Both the position numbers and the translations under genes were made by a program. Below, piece after piece: positions 11,322 to 24,700 of a stretch of 43,456 nt of DNA; position 1 is the first letter of the stretch; every line of letters begins with the position of its first letter. Source of the stretch: Octopus bimaculoides (lineage: Eukaryota); the NCBI RefSeq assembly GCF_001194135.2, contig NC_068988.1:82746858-82790313 (forward strand). Reading direction: 5' to 3'. The notes below the pieces were generated by a model. It saw nothing but the letters and a program-made list of their open reading frames with translations. It was not told the origin of the DNA and searched no databases.

Positions 11322-12916
11322 CAGGGGTTGGACAAAATAATAGAAACACCTTAAAATTTCAAACAAATTTATTTTAATAAGGAGTAGGATGGTCTTTGGC
11401 AGTAATTACAGCTTTAATTCTACGAGGTATGGACTCCTACAAAGTTTGAATTGTTTCTGAAGGAATTTTTGTCCATTCTTCAGCTAAAACAGTCTCCAGT
11501 TCTTGTAGTGATGACAATAGAAGATATTGACTCCTTACTTGTTTTTCTAAAATGCACCATAAATGTTCAATAATATTGAGATCTGGGGACTGTGGTGGCC
11601 AGATAAGATATTCAACTGCACTAGAATGTTCCTTGTACCATTCAGTAACAACTTTAGCTGTGTGAATTGGTGCATTATCATCCTGAAAGATTGTATATCC
11701 CTCTGGAAACAGTTCTGCAACCATAGGATGAATTTGATCAGATAAAATGCTTAAAAAGTTGTGACTATTAACTCTGCCATGAAGGGAAACCATTGCGCTG
11801 GTGGATTTCCAAGATATAGCCCACTAGATCATCACAGATCCTCCTCCATGTTTAACAGTTGGAAGAAGACAATCTGGGTCAAATGCTTCTTTTGGCTGTT
11901 TCCACACGTATACTCAGCCAGCGGTTGGAAATAAGGTAAAGGATGACTCATCTGAGTAAATAGCATTCTCCCACTGCTCTAGGGACCAATTCTGTAGGTT
12001 TTTACTCCACTCTAAATGCTTTGCAACATTTATTTTTGAAAGTAGTGGTTTTCTGATTGCAGCCCTCCCATGAGATCTAGCTTTATGCAACTCCTGGTGA
12101 ACAGTTTTTGTGGAAACTGGGTTCTCAAGGTGATCATTAAACTCTGCAGTAATTTGGGGAGCTGTACTTTTGTGATCCTTTCTAACAATTCATGTAAGAG
12201 TCCGTCAGTCCCTATCTGAAAATTTTAGTTTTCTTCTGGAGTTTTGTTTCAACGAGGAGGTTTTTCCTTCTTTCTCAAAGGCTGTCATTACTTTCGAGAC
12301 AGTACTTCTTGATACACCANNNNNNNNNNGTTTTTACTCCACTCTAAATGCTTTGCAACATTTATTTTTGAAAGTAGTGGTTTTCTGATTGCAGCCCTCC
12401 CATGAGATCTAGCTTTATGCAACTCCTGGTGAACAGTTTTTGTGGAAACTGGGTTCTCAAGGTGATCATTAAACTCTGCAGTAATTTGGGGAGCTGTACT
12501 TTTGTGATCCTTTCTAACAATTCATGTAAGAGTCCGTCAGTCCCTATCTGAAAATTTTAGTTTTCTTCTGGAGTTTTGTTTCAACGAGGAGGTTTTTCCT
12601 TCTTTCTCAAAGGCTGTCATTACTTTCGAGACAGTACTTCTTGATACACCAAACATTTCAGCTGTTTTCGTTATGCTAGCACCTACCATACAAGCACCAA
12701 CAATTTGACCTCTTTGAAAGACCAATAGATCTGTCTCAAGGTGATCATTAAACTCATGATATCTGAAAAGAAACAGCAATTGTAGCAAAACATATTAAGC
12801 AACACTAATAATAAATCAAAAAACATAAAAATAAACAAGCTTTTGACAGTTTCATAGATATTTCAAAATTATGATGCTATGATACTAGGTGTTTCCTTTA
12901 TTTTGTCCAACCCCAG
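11322..12916 (-). mobile_element. Tc1-family DNA transposon, near full length, DD36E transposase pseudogene
   Basis: ~30-bp TIRs CAGGGGTTGGACAAAATAA... / ...TTATTTTGTCCAACCCCAG with TA on both sides; HTH FQRGQIVGA...FGVSRSTVSK; SDES; QDDNAPIH...SPDLNIIEHLW; includes an artefactual 322-bp duplication. Confidence 0.93.
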
Positions 12917-12932
12917 TATATATATGATGTGC

Positions 12933-12965
<33 letters not shown>

Positions 12966-12966
12966 T

Positions 12967-12997
<31 letters not shown>

Positions 12998-13012
12998 TAT
13001 ACATATATATAC

Positions 13013-13067
<55 letters not shown>

Positions 13068-13959
13068 AACTAAGAGAAGTATATCAAAAGGATATCCTTT
13101 AATACAGCACAACTCATTTGCACTCTTAAGAATGGAGAATCAATTTCAGAGGTCAGGTTCCTTTACCAAATTAAATCACTTCTCATCATAGGCATATTCA
13201 TATACAGTATCACTTCAAGTACAAATATAAAAATCATGAAAGTGTATGATACATAAATGTACCTGCATTAAAACATTCGGCGTTAAGTATTCAAATTTTA
13301 TGAATCGATGATTAACTTAGAACGTAGGAATCCAAGGAGTGGTGGTGTACGATGAATCAGGATGAATTTTTAGTGAGTACATATTCTCGAGACCATTTCA
13401 AAAAATTGTGGTTTGAAATGGGCGAGTTTTCCATCCAAAACAATTGACCACATTTCTCTCATCAGAGGTACATTAATGATTTAATGTACCTTCATCTCAC
13501 ACCTACTTCCTCTCTTCACTCCTACCCACCTCTCCTCTCCTCTCTTGCCCTGACACCTACTTCCTCTCTTCACTCCTATCCACCTTCTCCCTTCATCGTT
13601 ACGCCCTTCATCGTTACGCCCTCCATCTACACCCCACCCCTACACATCCCAACCCCATACACTTTAGCCCTACCCCCACATCCTCACCCTAAAGCCATAC
13701 CACACCACACACTACCACACCACATCACACCACCCCGCACACACTAGCATTGACCACTTCCCAGCACCCACACCATCATCTACACACCCACACATTACAG
13801 ATGCACACACACATACATCCACACATCAAAGTCACCAGCCTCTATCCACATGCATACATTTACACACTCTCACATAGACATGCATGCACACCTTCATTTT
13901 GGGATCACCAATACTTTATTATCTCCCCCTTCTTCCTAGCTCTCCCCTCTAACTACCTC

Positions 13960-14159
13960 TGTTCAGCCAGCTGCCATGATTGACTGCGAACTCCAAAAGT
14001 TTTTTTTTATTCTCTCTTTGTTTATTTCCTTGTGTTCCTTTCTCTTGAAGAGCAGAGGCTTGAAACGTAAAAGACTTTCTCACCTTCCCGAGCATTAAAC
14101 TGATACATCTGTTTCTTGTTTTTACACCTGTCTTCGTCGTTTGTTTTTGTGTAAATTTC

Positions 14160-14165
<6 letters not shown>
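13960..14165 (+). mobile_element. Probable Penelope-like terminal-repeat fragment with a degenerate hammerhead
   Basis: Hammerhead topology at 14038-14073 followed by a T-rich tail and (TA)n. Confidence 0.5.
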
Positions 14166-14211
<46 letters not shown>

Positions 14212-14505
14212 NNNNNNNNNNNNNNNNNNNNNNNNNNNNNNNNNNNNNNNNNNNNNNNNNNNNNNNNNNNNNNNNNNNNNNNNNNNNNNNNNNNNNNNNN
14301 NNNNNNNNNNNNNNNNNNNNNNNNNNNNNNNNNNNNNNNNNNNNNNNNNNNNNNNNNNNNNNNNNNNNNNNNNNNNNNNNNNNNNNNNNNNNNNNNNNNN
14401 NNNNNNNNNNNNNNNNNNNNNNNNNNNNNNNNNNNNNNNNNNNNNNNNNNNNNNNNNNNNNNNNNNNNNNNNNNNNNNNNNNNNNNNNNNNNNNNNNNNN
14501 NNNNN

Positions 14506-14561
<56 letters not shown>

Positions 14562-14585
14562 TGTCTGTGTGTGTCTGTGTGTGTG

Positions 14586-14792
14586 TGTCTGTGTTTGTGT
14601 TTGTACCCCCACCATTGCTTGACAACTGATGTTGCTATGTTTACATTCCCATAACTTGGCAGTTCGACAAAAGACACCGATAGAATAAATACTAGGCTTA
14701 CAAAGAATAAATCCTGTGGTCGATTTTTTCAACCAAAGGCAGTGCTCCAACATGGCTGCAGTCACATGACTGAAACAAGTAAAACAATAAAA
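14586..14792 (+). mobile_element. CORE-type SINE 3' half after (TG)n
   Basis: Matches the tail of 3480-3680. Confidence 0.8.
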
Positions 14793-14829
14793 AGCTATGC
14801 CATTTTAATCCTGCGCAAGACCATGTATC

Positions 14830-15000
14830 TCTGCTATCTAAACATGTCTGGTCATGAGGAAATAATACATTACATGGAAACAGGTGAGAATTGGTGACAG
14901 GAAAAGCACCCAGCTGTAGAAAATCCCCTCAACAAATTCCATCCAGCCTATGCAAGAATGGAAAAGTGGTCAGTAAGATGATGGTGATGATGATGGTGAT
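14830..15000 (+). mobile_element. SINE 3' part with RTE-like tail
   Basis: CCAGCTGTAGAAA...ATGCAAGAATGGAAAAG...(GAT)-like tail; homologous to 16330-16470. Confidence 0.65.
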
Positions 15001-15010
15001 AATGATATAT

Positions 15011-15057
<47 letters not shown>

Positions 15058-16057
15058 GATATACATTCAATGTATTCTCATTCTTTCATTTTTTGCTGTC
15101 TCTGTCTCTTTCTCCATCTCTCCTTTGTAGCTATCTCTATCTGTGTGTGTGTGTGCACGCACGCATGCATATTTGTGTGTTTTAGATAGCTCTTCCATAC
15201 AGTATATCATTATGCACCTTAACCCTTTTATCAATTCATCTATAAAGCTCACCCTCCAGAGATCTAATCTCAGCATACTTTTTCCTCTTTTCTTCAATCT
15301 TTCTGTTTCCCTCCAACCAACACATAATTTCTACTGTCATTAAAAACCAAAGGTTTTCTTACCCAGCATTCTTCACTATTTTGTATCTTCTGTTTAAACT
15401 AAAATAGTCGTTTCTCCTACATACAACAGCTCGAAGCCACTCAGTGCAGTTACATTCTACTTTTCTATATGAGTTGTCATGATCAATCCAAGAGATCACA
15501 CCCAATCACATTCTACATATGCTTGTCTTTCACACAGAGAAGGAAACTCCTTATTTTTTCCCTCCCATTTTTCTAACTAGATACTCTAACTAGATACTAT
15601 CATTGCAACTCCCTCTGGTATTAATAATGCCAGTTAAGAGAACATACCTGCTGTCTGTAGTCTGCCACCTGATTAATTTAAGGAGAAGTGCCATTAATTA
15701 AGAAGAAGCATCATTATTTCTGTGTTGCTTCTCCTGCTAACAACATCTGTCTTAGAAGGAAAAAGGATTACTTCTTAATCTGTAAGAGATCCCTCTGTAC
15801 TCTTTGTATGTCCTTTCTTTCACTGAGTGCATGGTATCCATTTCATACATACTACTTTCTTTGATATCAAGCAAGGTATATTTATTTAAACGATAACATT
15901 TAATATTTCTTTGCTACTTTACTCAAGTTTCAAGGCAAATAAGGACAATCATCACATAACTTTTATCATCAGGAACTGAAGTTTTACATCTTTACATGCA
16001 TACATAAATATATATATATACATATGTACCTATACACATACATATATACATACGAAT

Positions 16058-16470
16058 ATGGTTGTGTTGTTAAGAAGTTTGTTTCTCAATGAGTGGTTTC
16101 AGGTTCAGGCTCACTGCACAGCATCATGTCTTCTACAATAGCTCCGAGCCAACTAGAGCCATGCAAGTGGATTTGCAGACAGAAACAGAAAGAAATTAAC
16201 AGTGTATATAGTGTGTGTGGGGGGGGGCGTGTGTGCGTGTGTGTGTGTGCGTGCTTGTATGTAGCCTTGTCTTGACATTGCATGATAGATGTAAATAGTG
16301 ATCATCATGATATAAATGATGTCCTTCATTTCCAGTCTTCCAAGAAAAGCATTTCTGGCCATGAGGAAATATTACCTTGCTTGGAAACAGGTAAGGATTG
16401 GCAACAGAAAGGCCATCTTACACATGCAAGCATGGAAAAGTGGACATTGAAACGATTATGATCATGACCA
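16058..16470 (+). mobile_element. CORE-type SINE with RTE-like 3' tail
   Basis: Head like 3286, internal (TG)n, tail CATGCAAGCATGGAAAAGTGGACATTGAAACGATT. Confidence 0.7.
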
Positions 16471-16673
16471 TGATATGTACACATATACACATACATACAC
16501 ATACACGCACAAATACATACACATACACGCACATACATACACATACACGCACACATACATATATGCATGCATGTCTTCATCATCATTATTTTTTTATTTG
16601 TTTTTCCATGCCTTCACAGATTAGACAGGTCTTGTTCAGCACAGCACCTTGAAATTGAATATTCTGAGATCAA

Positions 16674-16898
16674 AAGTGGCGAACTGGCAGAACCGATATA
16701 GCACACCAGGCAAAATGCTTAATGGTTTAGCAGCAATTTTTCTGTCCTTATGTTCTGAGTTCAACTTCTGCCAAGGTTTGACTTTGCCTTCCATCCTTTA
16801 GGGGGTGATAAAAAAGTACCAGTTGAGCACTGAGGTCGATTTAATCAACTTGACCCCTTCTCCAAAACTGCTGGCCTTGTGCCAAAATTTGAAACTAC
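16674..16898 (+). mobile_element. tRNA-derived SINE monomer with 14-bp TSD
   Basis: TATTCTGAGATCAA at 16660-16673 and 16899-16912; A-box-like TGGCAGAACCG and B-box-like GTTCAACTTC; same family as the array at 27.5-29.1 kb. Confidence 0.88.
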
Positions 16899-16989
16899 TA
16901 TTCTGAGATCAATCGTACCATTTCATCCAATGTTTTCTTTAGTCTTCCTCATTTATGGATTCCTTCCATTTAGATTGCTTGGCATTTTT

Positions 16990-17870
16990 TATCAGTCAAC
17001 CAACCACCGTTCATATATATCACACATCCATACAAGCACAAGCTTCTCTTTAACATATCACATCTGACACCTCTTATATCAAGTTTTCTCTCAGCTCATT
17101 TAATCTCATTCATTCATACACACCAACATTACACATCCAGCAGATCATGCTCACCTTATTATTTTCCAGCTTTCACACATCCTACACAATCAATGCCTGC
17201 TTCACTCCCTTGCAACATTGTACACATGCATCACACTAACTACTCTTCACTCAGAGAGAGAATCCTTTCATTACCAGCAGGGATAACCACTCCAATCTCA
17301 CATTGGCTATTATGCTTCCAGAACAGTTACCTCTCCTTCTAATTTTGTCACCTAGGTAACAGAAACTGTCAAATATTTCTATTGAGACCTCTGAACATTT
17401 CAAAAAATGTCTTTTACAGTTGTTTTTTGCTGCTAATTACTCCTGCACATCTGCTATATACAATGTCTTTTTCTTTTCATTTTTTTAATCAGTTTGCCTG
17501 TGATCCCATGCCATCCCTTAGGCAACACCATATGGAATTCCTGACTTATTTTCTGTTTATCAAGTATGGTCTCTTCCCAGATGTAAAATTCTCTCTTCTT
17601 TCTTGCTCACTAAAACTGTTATCTTTACATTAAGAGCTCTCAATTCAAGGTATTGCTTTTGTGTTTAAAATTTCTTCTCTAATTTTCTGACATATTCAGC
17701 TATGAGAACTATGTCATTAACGTGCAGAAGTCCCCATGGATAGCTTGTTATAAACTTCTCTGCTATGGCCAGGAGAATTATAATAAACAGGCAAGGGCAG
17801 AGGACCAAGTCTTAGTGGACTTCAACCTGCTTGCTAAATTCTTCGGTGATCTAACTAACTCCCACCATGT
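16990..17870 (-). mobile_element. Old RTE-clade LINE RT core fragment
   Basis: EEFSKQVEVH*DLVLCPCLFIII (QG..LSP motif), PWGLLHVNDIVLIAE (decayed YADD), FDSFCYLGD. Confidence 0.8.
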
Positions 17871-18038
17871 TCACAGAATCTCTGTACATTACTTGTATGG
17901 TCCTCACAAGTCATTAGCTTACAGTAGATCTGAACCTGCTACAGTTCCATCCTCTGGAGCACATAGAGAAGGGTACACACAGTATCAGGTGAGGAAATTG
18001 TGACAGGCTGCCATTGAGTCTGTATGTTTAGTCATAGT

Positions 18039-18349
18039 CAGTGATGGACTGGCAAGGTTGTCAGCTTGCCCAATGGCAAGTGGATCACTGTGCCATTAGA
18101 ATCCATATATGGGGCCCACGTTAGTATCTAAGGGGCCAATCCCCTCAAGTTTGAGAATTCCTTATTCACTCCTGGAAGAATGCATTAATTATTTCAGCCT
18201 GGCTGTGTTTGTAGACAGTTGAAAAGAATATTTTTAACAAAAGAAAAATTAAATGATAGCATTGTAGTTGCTGGTGGGCCCCCTTGTAGTTGCGGGTGGG
18301 CCCCCTTAGTTTCCTGGCAACCAATATTTTTAGACCCAGTCTGCCACTG
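18039..18349. mobile_element. 311-bp non-autonomous hAT-type MITE
   Basis: 14-bp TIRs CAGTGATGGACTGG / CCAGTCTGCCACTG; 8-bp TSD GTCATAGT / GTCATAGG (7 of 8 match). Confidence 0.75.
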
Positions 18350-18769
18350 GTCATAGGATTATAGCATCAGCCATGATATAAGAGACCTACTCCAGTATTC
18401 ATTGGCTCTAATCACATGTTATTAGGAATTGAAAAAGTTGTGTCCAGTTGACCTGAAATAGTTTCAATAGAACATTAACGGCATCAAGCTCACCAGTCTT
18501 TGAGGGTTTGTAAATGTTATGGGCTTTGTCTCTTCCTCCAAACTCAGTCAATGAAAATAACTTACTTAAATCATTCAATTGATGTTAAACTGCCAGTGAG
18601 TTAATATTTGAAACTTTTCTTAACTTTCAATTGATCTCTAATCATTTTAACCTCTACATTACCATACTTCTATTGCAATACCCTGCCTTTGTATCAATTA
18701 ATTTTCAAAATAATGAAGAATTTACTAAAATAACTGTCATTAATGAGCTGGCACACTGTTGGTTACAAC

Positions 18770-19065
18770 AATGAGTGTTTGTAATAAAAGGAACAGCTTA
18801 CTCGTGAAATTAACAGCCTGCTCGTGGTTGAGCACTCTACAGACACAAGTACCCTTAATGTAATTCTCAGAAAGATTCAGCATGACACGGAATGGGACAA
18901 GCCTGGCTTTTGAAAATACAGGTGCTCCTCATTATTGCTAGCTGAGTAGACTGGGACAATGTGAAGTAAAGTGTCTTGTTCAAGAACACAATGTGCCACA
19001 AAGTATTAAACTCACAACCTTATGGTTGTGAGCTGAATACCCTAATTACCAAACCATGTGCCTCA
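18770..19065 (-). mobile_element. tRNA-derived SINE (family of 36794 copy)
   Basis: Reverse complement aligns with 36794-37110. Confidence 0.75.
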
Positions 19066-19303
19066 TGTTAAGCAGGTATATAAAGCATAAATTAACATGG
19101 AAGGTTCAGATCACATTAACACTTTTGTAACAATATTTCTGTTGAAATATAGTAACAAAAGTGACTTTGTTTTATTTTACTTTGAAAATAGTGAAAAATT
19201 TAGTAAAATAATTTTGTCATTATTAAGCTGGTCTATAATACAGAAATGAACACAAAATTTTGATGAAACATTTTAGTTCAGATCACTATATAACAGATAG
19301 TTT

Positions 19304-19602
19304 ATGAGGGTGCATGGCCTAGTGGTTAGAGTGCTGCATTCATGATTGCAAGGTCATGCTTTCAATTCCTAGACCAGGTGGTATGTTGAGTTCTTGAGAA
19401 AAACATTTCATCTCATGGTGCTTTGTGACCATTTTGTCACCTGATGCGTGATTCACCATACACCTGTTCAGGCAACATCAATTTGATGGAGGGAGTGAGC
19501 TAATGTACAGCACATACATTTATTCGCTATAAACAAATCATTTGTGCAGGTCATTCAGAAAAGCTGAACTGTCATACATTGTCTTCAACAGGAGAGCCCA
19601 TC
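19304..19602 (+). mobile_element. tRNA-derived SINE with 14-bp TSD
   Basis: ATAACAGATAGTTT at 19290-19303 and 19603-19616; A-box TGGCCTAGTGG. Confidence 0.82.
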
Positions 19603-20041
19603 ATAACAGATAGTTTGTATCATAGAACTAAGGGCAGTGACAGTTTCCGGCAATATCAAAAAGGTTCAGCTATTTCATCAAATTGTCAGTATTGATGGGA
19701 ATGTCTTTACAAATTATTTCCATTCCATTGTGTCTAAGGAGAGTCTACTGTTGTATGAGTCCTCTGACATCTTTTGTCTGTATGGTTTTACTTGAAGACA
19801 TAAAAGTATATCTGGACTGCAAGCATGACTTCGTGATTAAAAAGTTGACTTCACAACAACGTAGTTCTGGACCCAATCCCATTTCATGACACTCTGGCTA
19901 AGTATCATCTACCATAGTCTCAGGTTGAGCAGTGCCTTCAGAATCAAATTTGCTAGAAGAAAACTTTGTAGAAGCCCTTCATATGTTTGTACTTATGTAT
20001 GCATGCATGTATGTATGTATGTATGTATGCATGCATACATA

Positions 20042-20134
<93 letters not shown>

Positions 20135-21303
20135 NNNNNNNNNNNNNNNNNNNNNNNNNNNNNNNNNNNNNNNNNNNNNNNNNNNNNNNNNNNNNNNNNN
20201 NNNNNNNNNNNNNNNNNNNNNNNNNNNNNNNNNNNNNNNNNNNNNNNNNNNNNNNNNNNNNNNNNNNNNNNNNNNNNNNNNNNNNNNNNNNNNNNNNNNN
20301 NNNNNNNNNNNNNNNNNNNNNNNNNNNNNNNNNNNNNNNNNNNNNNNNNNNNNNNNNNNNNNNNNNNNNNNNNNNNNNNNNNNNNNNNNNNNNNNNNNNN
20401 NNNNNNNNNNNNNNNNNNNNNNNNNNNNNNNNNNNNNNNNNNNNNNNNNNNNNNNNNNNNNNNNNNNNNNNNNNNNNNNNNNNNNNNNNNNNNNNNNNNN
20501 NNNNNNNNNNNNNNNNNNNNNNNNNNNNNNNNNNNNNNNNNNNNNNNNNNNNNNNNNNNNNATATATACATATGCATGCATATAGATATGTATGCATCTA
20601 TGTATGCATTTTTGTTTGTATGTATGTGTGTATGTATGTATGCATGTATGTATGTATGTATGCATGTTGTATGTGTGTGTGTATGCTCTCTAAAGTGGTT
20701 AGAATTATTGGGCATTAATGATGATAATCATCATCATCCTCATCATCATCATCATCATCATGACGACAATGACAATGATGATGATGATATATACATGCAT
20801 GTATTTATGCATGTATGTATGTACACAGGAATGTATGTTTGCATGTATGCAAGTATGTATACGTTTATACATACATGCATGCATGTATGTATTTATGTAT
20901 ATGTCTTTCACCAATACATCAATGAAAGATCAAATTAGTAAGAAAAGGCAAAAATGTAGTACTCTTCCAACAATCTCCTTGTAATAATTATTCTGTTCAA
21001 GTAACAGACACTTCCCTCTCTTGCTGATCCTGTAACCAACAGGTGCATTTGTTCACCAACCGTGATAAGAAAATAAATAAATTGCTGTTCCATTTTATAA
21101 TGTTTATATGCTATGGTTAATTTTCGCTTGTAGCTCATAATTCATCTATTTAATAACAGATTTAACAGATATTTGAGAATTTGATATTTTAGCTAAGACC
21201 TATTATATCTTCCCCAGTTACATGACCAAACTTCTATTGATCCAGTGAACTTCAACACTTATTTTTATTAAAGCATTTCTATTATATTTTTGATATATAT
21301 ATA

Positions 21304-21852
21304 CAGGGTGGCCCAAAAGTAGGTTTACAGTTATTCAACTATCTCTTTTGCATTCATATATTGACAGTTTAGATCTTAATTATAAAAAATATGAAACCAT
21401 TATTCTATGCTAATTTAGTTAATTTTGTCAAGCTCCTTTTTCAGTTTGTAATTTTTTTTTTTTTTAACCAAAATCTGGACACCCTAAGACTTCTGTGACT
21501 GAAAAAAATGAGATGTTAGTGGCTTTGACATTTGTGAACAATCCAAAGAAGTCCACACAACGTGCTTCTCTAGAACTATCCACACCAAGAACATCATTGC
21601 AACACCTAATGCATAAGCTGAAATTAAAACCTTTCCATACATGGCATCAGAGTGTGTCAGGGTGTTCTGAAGAGGTTTGAAGAATATTGCAATGTTGAAG
21701 GAGGACATTTTGACCATCTGAGAGATTAAACATTGTCTGTTTAAGATGTGCATAAACAATATGAATGTAGAATAGAAATTTAAATGTAATAAGAAGTTTT
21801 TTTTTAAATTTAAAGTGCTACGTGATAACTGTAAACCTACTTTTGGGCCACC

Positions 21853-21855
<3 letters not shown>
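21304..21855 (+). mobile_element. 552-bp non-autonomous mariner-like deletion derivative
   Basis: Perfect 31-bp TIRs CAGGGTGGCCCAAAAGTAGGTTTACAGTTAT, TA flanks, residual HTH-like NPKKSTQRASLELSTPRTSLQHLMHKLKLKPF. Confidence 0.9.
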
Positions 21856-21904
<49 letters not shown>

Positions 21905-21951
21905 NNNNNNNNNNNNNNNNNNNNNNNNNNNNNNNNNNNNNNNNNNNNNNN

Positions 21952-22008
<57 letters not shown>

Positions 22009-22237
22009 TATACATATGTATATGTATGGATGTATGTGTGCGTGTGTATCAAATATACATATAAATACATAGATAGATAGAGAGATAGAGAGATAGAGAG
22101 ATTGATATATACACATATATATCACACAAACACGCAGACACATAAAATCATTTAACGTCCATTTTCCATACTAGCATGGACTGGACTAATATATACTTAT
22201 ATAATAGATTATGTATAATTAAATATATATATAATAC

Positions 22238-22277
<40 letters not shown>

Positions 22278-22314
22278 ATATATTATTTATATATATATAT
22301 GATATATATGATAC

Positions 22315-22362
<48 letters not shown>

Positions 22363-23989
22363 ATATATATGTACATACACTAGCTCAAAAGCCACCCTAT
22401 TTGGTGGCTTTTAAGCTAGCTCCTGTAGAGGGCTCTTCATTGGGCCTTGGGCCCAACAATGACATTTCATGCATTGAGTACATATAAAATTTTATTAAAC
22501 TTGACCAATATTTTTCAAGTATTGAGCAATTTTCATCAAAACAATGATATAATTTGTTGACTTGGAACTTATTGCAAAGCTGCATGATAAACAAGCATTT
22601 TTTGTCTTCCCATTTGGGGAAGTACAGATTTTTTTCTGTCTAACCTCTTTCTTTCTCTCTCTCTCTTTCTGTTAATTGTTTTCAACTATCACCCTCACCA
22701 GTACCACCACCATCACCACCACAACTGTCATACACACACCATTCAGACTTCTGATGCCACCCCCATCAATACCTTTGACTTTGCTGCCTTCTCCTCCACC
22801 AACATCATCACTATCTTTCACATCACTTACTTTCACTGTCATGCCTGACTGCCTCAGCTACCACTACCACAACCATCATCACTGTTGCCTCCACCTCTAT
22901 CATAACTACAGCTCATATTATTACTATCAACCCATTACCATCACAACCATCAATCTACTACCACCCTTACTGTCTCTATGCCTTACTATTACTCTCATCC
23001 TAGCAGGAGGAATAGTAGAAGTGTCATTGAATAGTGAGAGAGGGGGTCAAAGTGTGACACACAGAAATTCGTTTTGACATTTATTATTTTATATATNNNN
23101 NNNNNNNNNNNNNNNNNNNNNNNNNNNNNNNNNNNNNNNNNNNNNNNNNNNNNNNNNNNNNNNNNNNNNNNNNNNNNNNNNNNNNNNNNNNNNNNNNNNN
23201 NNNNNNNNNNNNNNNNNNNNNNNNNNNNNNNNNNNNNNNNNNNNNNNNNNNNNNNNNNNNNNNNNNNNNNNNNNNNNNNNNNNNNNNNNNNNNNNNNNNN
23301 NNNNNNNNNNNNNNNNNNNNNNNNNNNNNNNNNNNNNNNNNNNNNNNNNNNNNNNNNNNNNNNNNNNNNNNNNNNNNNNNNNNNNNNNNNNNNNNNNNNN
23401 NNNNNNNNNNNNNNNNNNNNNNNNNNNNNNNNNNNNNNNNNNNNNNNNNNNNNNNNNNNNNNNNNNNNNNNNNNNNNNNNNNNNNNNNNNNNNNNNNNNN
23501 NNNNNNNNNNNNNNNNNNNNNNNNNNNNNNNNNNNNNNNNNNNNNNNNNNNNNNNNNNNNNNNNNNNNNNNNNNNNNNNNNNNNNNNNNNNNNNNNNNNN
23601 NNNNNNNNNNNNNNNNNNNNNNNNNNNNNNNNNNNNNNNNNNNNNNNNNNNNNNNNNNNNNNNNNNNNNNNNNNNNNNNNNNNNNNNNNNNNNNNNNNNN
23701 NNNNNNNNNNNNNNNNNNNNNNNNNNNNNNNNNNNNNNNNNNNNNNNNNNNNNNNNNNNNNNNNNNNNNNNNNNNNNNNNNNNNNNNNNNNNNNNNNNNN
23801 NNNNNNNNNNNNNNNNNNNNNNNNNNNNNNNNNNNNNNNNNNNNNNNNNNNNNNNNNNNNNNNNNNNNNNNNNNNNNNNNNNNNNNNNNNNNNNNNNNNN
23901 NNNNNNNNNNNNNNNNNNNNNNNNNNNNNNNNNNNNNNNNNNNNNNNNNNNNNNNNNNNNNNNNNNNNNNNNNNNNNNNNNNNNNNNNN

Positions 23990-24049
<60 letters not shown>

Positions 24050-24110
24050 AAGTGTGGACTTTTACCATTTAAACTAACTATTGTTTTGTATTTTATCTAT
24101 TATAATTAGA

Positions 24111-24216
24111 TTAGATTGGAGCCTGGTGTTGCCATCCGGTTTCACCAGTCCTCAGTCAAATCGTCCAACCCATGCTAGCATGGAAAGCGGACGTTAAACG
24201 ATGATGATGATGATGA
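24111..24216 (+). mobile_element. 5'-truncated RTE 3' end
   Basis: Nearly identical to 224-330. Confidence 0.8.
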
Positions 24217-24336
24217 TTATTACTATTATTTAAGACGTTGCACAGTATCCAACATTGTGATGTTGTTAGTTGATGATTTTGTGTCTATTGGGGGTTTGTA
24301 CTGTCTGTCAAGTCACAACAAGGACCTCAGACAAAC

Positions 24337-24337
<1 letters not shown>

Positions 24338-24393
<56 letters not shown>

Positions 24394-24399
24394 TGCAGC

Positions 24400-24430
<31 letters not shown>

Positions 24431-24461
24431 ACAGCAGCAACAACAGCAGTGATAACAATAA

Positions 24462-24500
<39 letters not shown>

Positions 24501-24700
24501 CAGCAGCAGCAGCAGCAGCAGCAGCAATCACAATAGTTGTAACAGTAGTATCAACAGCAGAAGTAATAGCAGTTGTAGTAGCAGTGGCAGCAATGACAGA
24601 CACATCAGCAGCAGCATTAGTAACAATAGCAACAGCAGCAGCAGCAGCACCAACATTTGTAACAACAGTAGCATTAGCATCAAGTAATAGCAACAACAGT
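24338..24700. repeat. Compound (GTA)n/(GCA)n trinucleotide repeat
   Basis: Directly visible. Confidence 0.95.

Noticed and set aside
11998-12651. 322-bp tandem duplication inside the Tc1 element
   Set aside because: Identical copies (11998-12319 and 12330-12651) flank a 10-N gap, so unmerged contig overlap; a similar ~53-bp echo flanks gap 4430-4536
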